Positions 8,895 to 16,936 of a DNA stretch of 25,494 nt are shown here, one piece after another (positions within the stretch are counted from its first letter, which is position 1; each line of letters opens with the position of its first letter). Both the position numbers and the translations under genes were made by a program. The notes under the pieces are model-generated. The model ran no database searches, was not told where the DNA came from, and saw nothing but the letters and a program-made list of their open reading frames with translations. Source of the DNA: a virus (taxonomy: Duplodnaviria; Caudoviricetes); the IMG/VR virus record IMGVR_UViG_3300017753_001625, positions 1 to 25,494 of that record; one strand, 5' to 3'.

Positions 8895-8923
8895 AAAAGG
8901 GCGGCCTAGTGTCGCCCTTTTTT
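8895..8923 (+). terminator. Rho-independent terminator after gp23 (potentially bidirectional)
   Basis: AAAA-GGGCGGC-CTAGT-GTCGCCC-TTTTTT. Preceded by a small hairpin TCTTAC-CTTTTC-GTAAGA at 8872-8889. Confidence 0.9.
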
Positions 8924-8928
8924 AAGCG

Positions 8929-8936
8929 CATAAATA
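8929..8936 (+). promoter_or_regulatory. Late promoter variant CATAAATA
   Basis: Immediately after the terminator, 5 nt before the ATG at 8942. Confidence 0.7.
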
Positions 8937-8941
8937 AAAGT

Positions 8942-9172
8942 ATGAAAACAATCATCAAAGCAATTACAGGTATCATATTAATAGGTTCTTTCATAGGACT
9001 ATTAGCATATGGTCTTAATTATCTACAAAAACCCAACGCATTAGATAACGTAGAAAAAAGACTAGATGAAGCAGCTGAAAAACAAAGTGTTTTAACAGAT
9101 AACGAGAAGAACTTAAAACAAGAAGCCCAAACAAAAGAATGGGAAGAAGTAGATAAACAAACAGATAAATAG
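8942..9172 (+). CDS. Small membrane-anchored protein (N-terminal TM helix plus charged helical tail)
   Basis: ATG at 8942 preferred over GTG at 8909, which lies inside the terminator. Hydrophobic stretch AITGIILIGSFIGLLAYGLNYL. Confidence 0.7.
   Translation: MKTIIKAITGIILIGSFIGLLAYGLNYLQKPNALDNVEKRLDEAAEKQSVLTDNEKNLKQEAQTKEWEEVDKQTDK
9164..9171 (+). promoter_or_regulatory. Late promoter variant GATAAATA
   Basis: Overlaps the stop of the previous gene, 5 nt before the gp3 ATG at 9177. Confidence 0.65.
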
Positions 9173-9176
9173 TAGT

Positions 9177-9803
9177 ATGACTATTTTAGACTCGTACAAT
9201 AGACAACCAGATAAGTTAGATTATGCTGAACCTACAAAGTTTAAGTTTAGTATAATTAAACTACCTAAAGTAGAGTATTTTTGTACGGCTGCAAATATAC
9301 CTGGTATCTCACTAGGTCAAGCAAGTCAACCCACACCTCTTAAAGATGTGCCATTACCTGGTGATAAACTAGATTATGACAATCTTACAATATCATTTTT
9401 AGTAGATGAAAATTTAGAAAATTACAGAGAGATACATGGTTGGTTAACAGGTCTAGGTTTCCCTAAAGATCATTTACAATTTAGAAATTTACAAAACGCA
9501 GGTAGTGATAGATTTCCTACTACCTCAAATGTCGGTATAAGTAAAGAATTAGGAAAAGTGTCTAAAGCAGTACAAGATGACGGAGGACTCTATTCTGACG
9601 CAACCTTGTCAGTCCTAACTAGTAAAAATACGAAGAACCTCGAAGTTAGATTTAGGGATTTATACCCTATATCATTATCGGGATTAGATTACAATCAACA
9701 AGAAACAGATATACAATATTTAAGCGCTACGGTCAGTTTCGCATATAAGATATACGAATTTGCAGGTGTGTCATCAAGCACAACCGTAGAAACTACTACA
9801 TAA
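9177..9803 (+). CDS. gp3: Tail completion / sheath stabilizer protein (T4 gp3-like)
   Basis: F.F.I.KLPKVEYFC..ANIPGI.LG, PGDKL.Y..L.I.FLVDENLENY.EIH.WL, F.DLYP.SLS. Typical position after gp23 in marine T4-like phages. Confidence 0.9.
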   Translation: MTILDSYNRQPDKLDYAEPTKFKFSIIKLPKVEYFCTAANIPGISLGQASQPTPLKDVPLPGDKLDYDNLTISFLVDENLENYREIHGWLTGLGFPKDHLQFRNLQNAGSDRFPTTSNVGISKELGKVSKAVQDDGGLYSDATLSVLTSKNTKNLEVRFRDLYPISLSGLDYNQQETDIQYLSATVSFAYKIYEFAGVSSSTTVETTT

Positions 9804-9805
9804 CC

Positions 9806-9834
9806 TTGACTTTTTAAAGAAAAGGTGTTATAAT
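9806..9834 (+). promoter_or_regulatory. sigma70-type early promoter for uvsY operon
   Basis: TTGACT (9806-9811), 17-nt spacer, TGt-TATAAT (9829-9834, extended -10). GGAG SD downstream. Confidence 0.85.
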
Positions 9835-9866
9835 ATATAATGAGATTATAAAAGAACTGGAGTGAT

Positions 9867-10295
9867 ATGACATTAGAAGAACTACAAGAACTAGCCGATA
9901 AAGATTTAAAAATTAATGATACTGAATTAGATTTAGAATCACTAAAGATACCACAATTACATAACAAATATTCAAAGTTTCATACTAAATTTATCCATCT
10001 TTTAAAGAAGACTGAAGGTGAAAGAGATAGATTAGTTAGAGAAAAATGGGAGTATTATACAGGTAAATCTGCACCGTCTGTTTATCAAGTAAAACCATTC
10101 AATCTTAAAATACTAAAACAAGATGTGGATAAATATTTAAAGTCAGATGAAGATATAATTAGAATTGACCAAAAGGTAACCTATGTTCAAAGTGTTGTAG
10201 ATTATTTGGAAAAGACTATTCGTATTATAACTAATAGAACATTTCAAATTAAAAATGCAATCGAATGGCGTAAGTTTACTAGTGGAGTTATTTAA
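9867..10295 (+). CDS. uvsY: Recombination mediator UvsY
   Basis: ESLKIPQLH.KY, KWEYYTGK, YL.SDEDI, R.FQIKNAIEWRKF. Confidence 0.93.
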   Translation: MTLEELQELADKDLKINDTELDLESLKIPQLHNKYSKFHTKFIHLLKKTEGERDRLVREKWEYYTGKSAPSVYQVKPFNLKILKQDVDKYLKSDEDIIRIDQKVTYVQSVVDYLEKTIRIITNRTFQIKNAIEWRKFTSGVI

Positions 10296-11053
10296 TGATT
10301 TTAAAACATAACTATTACACATTTCCAGGTGCTATCTCTAAAGAAAATTGTCAGAGAATAATACAGCATGGTTTAACAACCATGAACGTATCAAAACTAC
10401 AAGACCCTAAAAGTATTGTTGCAACAACATATGGTAGTAAAGAAAAAGGAACAGACGAAAATTTAAAATCTGCATTAGGTAGTTTGACACCACGTGGAGC
10501 AAAGAAAAAAGGTGTTAACTTAAATAGTGCATATGTAAGAGATAGTTATACGTCATGGTTAAGTGAAAAGTGGATGTATGATCTTATTATGCCTAAAGTG
10601 CATACAGCAAACAAAGACGCAGGTTGGAACTTTGATTTAAAAGATAGTGAGATGTTTCAATTTACAGTTTATAAACCAGGTGGTTTCTATGGTTGGCATA
10701 CTGATGGTAGATCAGATCACTTTGGTAGTTATAGGAAAGCAATACCAGGAATTAGTAAAAAAAATAAATTTGGTAGGTTTTCTGAAGGTTTAACTGATAA
10801 TGACTTTATGGTTGGGTTGAATAGAAAAATATCAGTGACTATTAACTTAACAGATAAGACAAATTATAAAGGTGGTGACCTAAGATTTGACTTTGGTACT
10901 CACTCTGCTAAAAGGTATCATACAATAAAAGAGGCAAGAGAACAAGGAAGTATTATTGTATTCCCTAGTTTCTTAATGCACCAGGTTACACCTGTCACCA
11001 AAGGTACTAGATATTCGTTAGTGTTGTGGACACTAGGACCCCCTTTTAAATAA
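10295..11053 (+). CDS. 2OG-Fe(II) oxygenase (prolyl-4-hydroxylase/PKHD-like)
   Basis: QFTVY..GGFYGWHTD, RKIS.TI.L, Y.GGDL, FPSF..H.VTPVTKGTRYSLV.W (HxD...H...R). TAATG coupling to uvsY. Confidence 0.92.
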   Translation: MILKHNYYTFPGAISKENCQRIIQHGLTTMNVSKLQDPKSIVATTYGSKEKGTDENLKSALGSLTPRGAKKKGVNLNSAYVRDSYTSWLSEKWMYDLIMPKVHTANKDAGWNFDLKDSEMFQFTVYKPGGFYGWHTDGRSDHFGSYRKAIPGISKKNKFGRFSEGLTDNDFMVGLNRKISVTINLTDKTNYKGGDLRFDFGTHSAKRYHTIKEAREQGSIIVFPSFLMHQVTPVTKGTRYSLVLWTLGPPFK

Positions 11054-11055
11054 GC

Positions 11056-11063
11056 CATAAATA
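11056..11063 (+). promoter_or_regulatory. Late promoter variant CATAAATA
   Basis: Intergenic, 5 nt before the ATG at 11069. Would also drive uvsW, which is a late gene in T4. Confidence 0.7.
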
Positions 11064-11068
11064 GTTAT

Positions 11069-11887
11069 ATGAACACACAAAAAAATATAGAATTTTTTAA
11101 TAAACATAATTATCTATTGATAAAACAGTTTATTCCTAAGAGTCTTGCTGACTTCTTATATCATTATGGTAAGACATATGTTCTTGCAGCTGATGTAATG
11201 GTAAAAACAAAGTTTCCTAAATATGATGAAGACTTGCATGGCTCATTTGGTGACACGCAAGTGCCTAATACTTTTAAACGATATGCTGATCCCGTAATGG
11301 AAGCACTATTGTTATATGCTCAAAAAGGCATGGAAAAGAATACAGATATAAAACTACAACCCACTTATAGTTATTGGAGATTATACAAAAACGGCGATGT
11401 ATTACATAGACATAAAGACAGACCTAGTTGTGAAATATCAACAACATTATGTTTGGGTTATGATTTAGGAGACATAAAAGACAAGAATTATAATTGGCCG
11501 ATGTTTGTAGAAGAGACTGGTTCATATAAAGGTTTACCAGGTAAACCCGTACACATGGAACCAGGTGATATGATTATTTACAGAGGTGCGTTAATAGATC
11601 ACTGGAGAGAACCATTTGAAGGCAGAAATCACTGCCAAGTATTTTTACATTATAATAATTTAGAAGGCCCGTATGGTAAATTAACAAAATATGATACAAG
11701 GCCTTTTGTCGCTCTACCAGGTGATTTTGTAAATCCCGAAAGAAGAAAACAGGTAAAAGCAGTACATGATAGTTTAATTGATGTTAGACTAAAAAAAGAG
11801 GGTATTGATCCTGTAAAATACGGTCATAGAAAATATGATCCTGATGGTAAAAAAAATGACAGCGACAATAAAGATAAGAAAAGTTAA
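11069..11887 (+). CDS. 2OG-Fe(II) oxygenase-like protein
   Basis: PTYSYWRLY..GD.L..HKDRPSCEIS.T, PGD.IIY.G...HWREPF, QVFLHY (HxD...H double-stranded beta-helix pattern). Confidence 0.8.
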   Translation: MNTQKNIEFFNKHNYLLIKQFIPKSLADFLYHYGKTYVLAADVMVKTKFPKYDEDLHGSFGDTQVPNTFKRYADPVMEALLLYAQKGMEKNTDIKLQPTYSYWRLYKNGDVLHRHKDRPSCEISTTLCLGYDLGDIKDKNYNWPMFVEETGSYKGLPGKPVHMEPGDMIIYRGALIDHWREPFEGRNHCQVFLHYNNLEGPYGKLTKYDTRPFVALPGDFVNPERRKQVKAVHDSLIDVRLKKEGIDPVKYGHRKYDPDGKKNDSDNKDKKS

Positions 11888-13364
11888 TGATGTATATCTT
11901 CAAATAGAAGCTGACGCTGATATTAGAAGAGAGTTATCAGACTATTTTTCATTCGAAGTACCCGGATACAAATTTACTCCACAATATAGAAACAGAGTTT
12001 GGGATGGTAAGATAAGATTATATTCTTACGCTACAGGACAACTCTATGTAGGTCTATTAGAATACTTAACTGATTATTGTAAAAAGAATAATATAGAGGT
12101 AGATCGACCTTATGATCTACATTCTACACCAGGAGCTTTTGTTAACGCTGATGTGGATTCTTTGTTTGAACAATTTAAGTTATCTATTAAACCAAGAGAT
12201 TATCAACAAAAGGCTTTTAAGCATTCATTAAATAAAAAGAGATGTTTATTGCTGTCGCCTACTGCCTCTGGTAAATCACTAATCTCATATCTGTTAGTAA
12301 AATATTTTTTGATGAAAACATCAAATTCAAAAGAAGGTGGTGATGTATTACCTAAAGGTAAAAAAGTATTAATCATAGTGCCTACAACTTCACTAGTAGA
12401 GCAGTTATACAAAGATTTTAAAGAATACGGTTGTGATGTAGATAATATAATCACTAGAAAATACCATGGTTATGAAATAGATGAAAGTAAACCTGTATTA
12501 ATATCTACTTGGCAATCTTTATATAAACTACCTAAAGAGTTTTTTGCTCAGTTTGGTGCTGTGATAGGTGATGAAGCTCATTTGTTTAAGGCAGTTTCAT
12601 TAACAAAAATAATGACAAAACTTGTAGATTGTCCTTGGCGTATTGGTATGACAGGTACTTTAGATGGTAGTAAAACACACAAACTAGTATTAGAAGGATT
12701 GTTTGGGTCTGTAATGCAAGTAGCAAAAACAACGAAACTTATAGAGAAAAAACAACTTGCTAATTTAAAAGTATATTGTTTAATTTTAAAATACCTAGAT
12801 GGTACTGCTAAAAAATTATCTGGTGTAAAATACCATGAAGAATTAGAATATTTGGTTACAGATGAAACTAGAAATAAGTTTATTAGAAATTTAACCTTAG
12901 ATTTACAAGGTAATAGTTTAGTGTTGTTTCAGTTAGTAGAAAAACATGGTAAAGAATTATATAAAATGATAAAAGAAAAAGCAGGTGATGACAAACAAGT
13001 CTTTTTTGTATATGGTGGTGTTAACGCTGAACAAAGAGAAAAGGTTAGAGAGATCACTGAAAAATCTGATAACGCTATTATTGTTGCAAGTTATGGCACA
13101 TTTAGTACAGGTATTAATATAAGAAATTTACATAATTTAGTTTTTGCTAGTCCTAGTAAATCTCGTATTAGAAACCTACAAAGTATTGGTAGAGGTTTAA
13201 GAATGGGTGATAATAAATCACAAGCTACTTTATATGATATTGCTGATGATTTAACGCACCGAGATAAAAAGAATTATACGCTAGGACACTTTCAGGAAAG
13301 AATAAATATTTACAACGAGGAGGGGTTTGCATACGAAATATACAATGTAAACCTAAAAACATAA
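11856..13364 (+). CDS. uvsW: SF2 DNA/RNA-DNA helicase UvsW
   Basis: WDGKIRL, PRDYQ, SPTASGKS, VPTTSLVEQ, DEAH, TGT, FSTGINI.NLHN..FASPSKSRIRNLQSIGR.LR. Start at 11856 (MTATIKI) preferred over 11835. Confidence 0.97.
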   Translation: MTATIKIRKVNDVYLQIEADADIRRELSDYFSFEVPGYKFTPQYRNRVWDGKIRLYSYATGQLYVGLLEYLTDYCKKNNIEVDRPYDLHSTPGAFVNADVDSLFEQFKLSIKPRDYQQKAFKHSLNKKRCLLLSPTASGKSLISYLLVKYFLMKTSNSKEGGDVLPKGKKVLIIVPTTSLVEQLYKDFKEYGCDVDNIITRKYHGYEIDESKPVLISTWQSLYKLPKEFFAQFGAVIGDEAHLFKAVSLTKIMTKLVDCPWRIGMTGTLDGSKTHKLVLEGLFGSVMQVAKTTKLIEKKQLANLKVYCLILKYLDGTAKKLSGVKYHEELEYLVTDETRNKFIRNLTLDLQGNSLVLFQLVEKHGKELYKMIKEKAGDDKQVFFVYGGVNAEQREKVREITEKSDNAIIVASYGTFSTGINIRNLHNLVFASPSKSRIRNLQSIGRGLRMGDNKSQATLYDIADDLTHRDKKNYTLGHFQERINIYNEEGFAYEIYNVNLKT

Positions 13365-13822
13365 TGCACGAACAACTAGACACTAAAAATGCTAAGATAA
13401 TAAAATTGGTTTCAGGTGAAGAGATTTGTTGTACATTATCAAAAAGCCAATTAACAAAAAAGTCTAACTTATTAAGGTTAGATGAACCAATGTTAATTAA
13501 GTATGTACCACACATAGGGCAAATGGGTGTATCCGATTACATCGCTCTTGTTAAATGGGTTGGTTTTACAGATGATAAAGTAGTGACAATACCAAAAGAT
13601 AAGATACTAACAATCTGTAATGCTAGTGAACCATTTACGAATCGTTATAAAAAACTTTTGGCGTACAAAGTACCACAAAAACTCCCTGACTATATTGAAA
13701 GAGATTTGTCAGATGATGACTACGACCAATTGCTTGATGAATTAGATAATGCTGAAGATACAAAGAAGAAGTTAAAAGAGTTGGCTGAAAAGATAAGAAT
13801 GCCTAGTAAGAAGTTGCATTAA
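13364..13822 (+). CDS. Conserved T4-like hypothetical protein downstream of uvsW (possible Sm-like fold)
   Basis: IIKLVSGEEI N-terminal motif typical of small T4-like phage proteins. TAATG coupling to uvsW. Confidence 0.7.
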   Translation: MHEQLDTKNAKIIKLVSGEEICCTLSKSQLTKKSNLLRLDEPMLIKYVPHIGQMGVSDYIALVKWVGFTDDKVVTIPKDKILTICNASEPFTNRYKKLLAYKVPQKLPDYIERDLSDDDYDQLLDELDNAEDTKKKLKELAEKIRMPSKKLH

Positions 13823-13859
13823 GGTAGCTAAACTTTTCTGGTGAAGCACCCACATGGGT

Positions 13860-13888
13860 ATTATACACCTGAAGACAGAATTTGTCAA
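13860..13888 (-). promoter_or_regulatory. Perfect-consensus sigma70 promoter on the minus strand (antisense)
   Basis: Minus strand reads TTGACA (13888-13883), 17 nt, TATAAT (13865-13860). Located in one of the few intergenic gaps. Confidence 0.8.
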
Positions 13889-13902
13889 GTAGTGATGAAA
13901 TT

Positions 13903-14124
13903 ATGAGTGAATTTAGACAAGGTATATTTAAACTTATAGCAAACACTAGTATAGGTAGAGCCCTATTATATACAATAGGTCATATTATTATAGCAATGTC
14001 TGTTGTTTCTACACTAACAGGTGCTAGTTTATTTGAAGCAGGACTAGTTGCATTAATAGAACCTAGTATAAACGGTGTCTGGTATTACGTTTTAGATAAA
14101 CTTTTTACAATGAAGAAGAAATAA
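13903..14124 (+). CDS. Small membrane protein, DUF2061-like
   Basis: RALLYTIGHIIIAM...AGLVALIEPSINGVWYYVLDK, two hydrophobic segments. ATG at 13903 preferred over TTG at 13882. Confidence 0.65.
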   Translation: MSEFRQGIFKLIANTSIGRALLYTIGHIIIAMSVVSTLTGASLFEAGLVALIEPSINGVWYYVLDKLFTMKKK

Positions 14125-14777
14125 TGTTATTTGCGAATACCTGTATAGATAATTTTTTAAATAATTCACAAGCAGTGATTAAAATTGCTAAATCGTGTGA
14201 ATATACTAATGATGGTGTATCACCTGGTAAAAGATCAGAACCTTTACATAAAGTTAATTATAACTTGTACAATCACGTAAATGTAAAGATTTTATCTTCT
14301 TTATATCCAAATGAATCAGAAACAATACAATACAAATCATATTCAGTATTTCAAAAAATACCTGCAGGTATAGATTATGATGGTTGGATACACACAGATA
14401 AAAGATCAATACTAACAGCAATTATATTTCTATCAGAATCAGACGCAGGTACATCAATATACGAGCCAAAAGATTCCTTTTATACACCTGGTAATGATAG
14501 TATAAAACAAGAATTTTTTAAGAATCCTAGTAGTTTTTCAAAAGAACAAAAAGAAGAGTATCACAAAGCAAGAGAAAGTTGGGCAAGTGACTATAACGAA
14601 ACTATATCCTACAAAGGCAGATACAATAGAATGATATGTTTTGACGGTCACAATTATCACAATGCTCATGTACATAAAGGACTTGAAGATAGACTTACAC
14701 TAATTACATTTTTTGACGAGATAACCATAAAGGATAAAAACATAAAATATCCTTTACCAACTATTAGAGGGAGTTGA
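14124..14777 (+). CDS. 2OG-Fe(II) oxygenase-like protein
   Basis: PG.RS..L, GWIHTD, TAIIFL, GTSIY, YNR.I.FD...YH, RLTL..F. TAATG coupling. Confidence 0.8.
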   Translation: MLFANTCIDNFLNNSQAVIKIAKSCEYTNDGVSPGKRSEPLHKVNYNLYNHVNVKILSSLYPNESETIQYKSYSVFQKIPAGIDYDGWIHTDKRSILTAIIFLSESDAGTSIYEPKDSFYTPGNDSIKQEFFKNPSSFSKEQKEEYHKARESWASDYNETISYKGRYNRMICFDGHNYHNAHVHKGLEDRLTLITFFDEITIKDKNIKYPLPTIRGS

Positions 14778-14802
14778 CATAATACAACCATTGTAGTATA
14801 AT
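14774..14802 (+). promoter_or_regulatory. Perfect-consensus sigma70 promoter for gp55
   Basis: TTGACA (14774-14779), 17 nt, TATAAT (14797-14802), then 6 nt to the gp55 ATG. Confidence 0.88.
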
Positions 14803-14808
14803 AATAAT

Positions 14809-15372
14809 ATGACTAAAAGAAAACGAAGTGAACACTATGTAGATAACAAAGTGTTTTTACAAGCAATGACAGAATTTAAAGAGCGTTGCGACAAGGCAGA
14901 AAAAAGAGGAAGAAAAAAACCACCTGTGACTAATTATATAGGTGAGTGTTTTTTAAAAATCGCAAATCACTTGTCGTATAGACCTAACTTTATTAATTAC
15001 ACGTTTAGAGATGATATGATTAGTGATGGTATAGAAAACTGCCTACAATACTTAGGCAATTTTAATCCAAAAAAATCAAAGAATCCATTTGCATATTTTA
15101 CGCAAATAATATATTATGCTTTTATTAGAAGAATACAAAAAGAAAAGAAACAAGTAAGTATAAAAGCAAAACTTATTGAAGACGCTAATCTAGCAGATTT
15201 ACACGTAGATCCACATGATGTAAACAGTGATTATAAAAATCAGTTTATAGAATTTTTAAGAAAGAATAGTCCTAAGACAGACGAACTTCCTAAAAAGAAA
15301 GAGATTAAAGTTAGAAAAAGAAAAAGAAAAATAAAGACGCCTTTAGAGATTGTCATAGATGAAAAGAATTAA
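14809..15372 (+). CDS. gp55: Late-transcription sigma factor (T4 gp55-like)
   Basis: HYVDNK.FL, YIGECFLKIA.HLSYRPNFINY.FRDDMISDGIENCLQY..NF.P.KS.NPFAYFTQI.YYAF.RRIQKEK. Confidence 0.97.
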   Translation: MTKRKRSEHYVDNKVFLQAMTEFKERCDKAEKRGRKKPPVTNYIGECFLKIANHLSYRPNFINYTFRDDMISDGIENCLQYLGNFNPKKSKNPFAYFTQIIYYAFIRRIQKEKKQVSIKAKLIEDANLADLHVDPHDVNSDYKNQFIEFLRKNSPKTDELPKKKEIKVRKRKRKIKTPLEIVIDEKN

Positions 15373-16936
15373 AAACATAGTAGTAGTTGGTGGTGGAACA
15401 GCAGGTTGGACAGCAGCCTGTTATTTAAGAGATACTACAGCGCCTTATATTAAGATAACAGTTATCGCTTCTAAAGAGATACCTATTATTGGTGTAGGCG
15501 AAAGCACTACTGGTTTATTCAATGACTTTTTAAAACAAGTAGGCATACCTGAAGGTGTGTTTATGAAAGAAACTGGTGCAACACATAAGATAGGTATTCA
15601 ACATAGAGATTGGTATAAAAAAGGTGAACATTTTAATTCACCTATTGGTGAATCTCAACATACACCTAACTCATATCCAAGTGATGACTATGACGCAATG
15701 AAGATGTTTTCTATTGCTGAAGGTTTAAAAGACTCTAGTTTACAAGGTTTCTGTATGAAGAATAATAAACTACCATTTGTAAGAGCAGATCACCCAGCTC
15801 AAAATCCTTACAAACAATTAATGGGTTATGGTGGTTTTAAAGATTTAAGAAAAAACAATACGGCACTTCATTTAGACACCTATAAGACGGGACAATATCT
15901 AAAAAAGTTTTTTCTAAAGAAACCTAATGTAGAGTATATAGATGATGAAGTTTTAGGATATGAAAAAAATGAAGATGAAACAATCAAATCTGTATGGTGT
16001 AAAAACAAAGGGCATGATAATCCTATATCAGGAGATTTATTTGTTGATTGTTCAGGTTTTAAAAGAATATTATTAAAGGCATACAAAAACAACTTTAAAA
16101 GATATGACGATCAATTATTAAATAATAGAGCGCTTGCATTTCATTTACCTTATACTGATAAAACTATCATTAGAAACTATACACACGCATGGGCACAAAA
16201 GTATGGTTGGTTATGGATGATACCTTTACAAAATAGATATGGTGCTGGGTATTGTTTTAATGATACATTTACTACTGCTGATGAAGCAAAGTTAGAAATA
16301 GAAAAAGTATTAAAAACAAAAATAGAAGTACAAAAAGATATTAGATTTCACTCTGGTAGATTTGAAAAGATGTGGGTAAAAAATGTTATATCAACAGGAT
16401 TATCAAGTGCGTTTATAGAACCATTAGAGGCAACATCTATTCATGCTACATTATTACAAATGAAACATTGGGTTAGATATTTCTTTACAGAAACAGCAGA
16501 CTTTAATAATGAAGCACTACAAACTTCTTACAATGATGATATGACTAATATGTGGGATTCAATAAAAGATTTTATAGTTTATCACTATATTACTCCTAGA
16601 AAAGACACCGAATACTGGAGAGAAGCCTCATCACATAAAAGATGGTCACTACAATTAAAAGAAAAATTAGAGATGTGGCAAACTAGAACACCAAGACAGG
16701 TAGATTTTGCTAGAGGAAATAGAAACGATTTTTATCACATAGATGATAATTTATGGTTAAACATAAGTCAAGGTATGAATATACTTGACAAAGATATGGT
16801 CAAAAGAGAGTTAATAGAATACAACTTATATGAAGGTGTAAAACAACAAACGCAACACGCTTTCCAATTTTTTGATTACGCACAAAAGAATTGTGTTAAA
16901 ACAAACGATTACTACAAATATTATGTCGGTCAATAA
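15359..16936 (+). CDS. Flavin-dependent (tryptophan) halogenase-like protein 1
   Basis: GGGTAGW FAD motif, IGVGEST, ATHKIGI (catalytic Lys position), DLFVDCSGF, WLWMIPL, FIEPLEATSI. Confidence 0.92.
   Translation: MKRIKNIVVVGGGTAGWTAACYLRDTTAPYIKITVIASKEIPIIGVGESTTGLFNDFLKQVGIPEGVFMKETGATHKIGIQHRDWYKKGEHFNSPIGESQHTPNSYPSDDYDAMKMFSIAEGLKDSSLQGFCMKNNKLPFVRADHPAQNPYKQLMGYGGFKDLRKNNTALHLDTYKTGQYLKKFFLKKPNVEYIDDEVLGYEKNEDETIKSVWCKNKGHDNPISGDLFVDCSGFKRILLKAYKNNFKRYDDQLLNNRALAFHLPYTDKTIIRNYTHAWAQKYGWLWMIPLQNRYGAGYCFNDTFTTADEAKLEIEKVLKTKIEVQKDIRFHSGRFEKMWVKNVISTGLSSAFIEPLEATSIHATLLQMKHWVRYFFTETADFNNEALQTSYNDDMTNMWDSIKDFIVYHYITPRKDTEYWREASSHKRWSLQLKEKLEMWQTRTPRQVDFARGNRNDFYHIDDNLWLNISQGMNILDKDMVKRELIEYNLYEGVKQQTQHAFQFFDYAQKNCVKTNDYYKYYVGQ

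Noticed and set aside
8909-8941. GTG start for the ORF after gp23
   Set aside because: Lies within the terminator hairpin. ATG 8942 fits the late promoter spacing.
16872-16922. Upstream extension of halogenase 2 (likewise uvsW 11835 and the 13882 TTG start)
   Set aside because: Longest-ORF artefacts. Downstream ATGs give family-typical N-termini and shorter overlaps.
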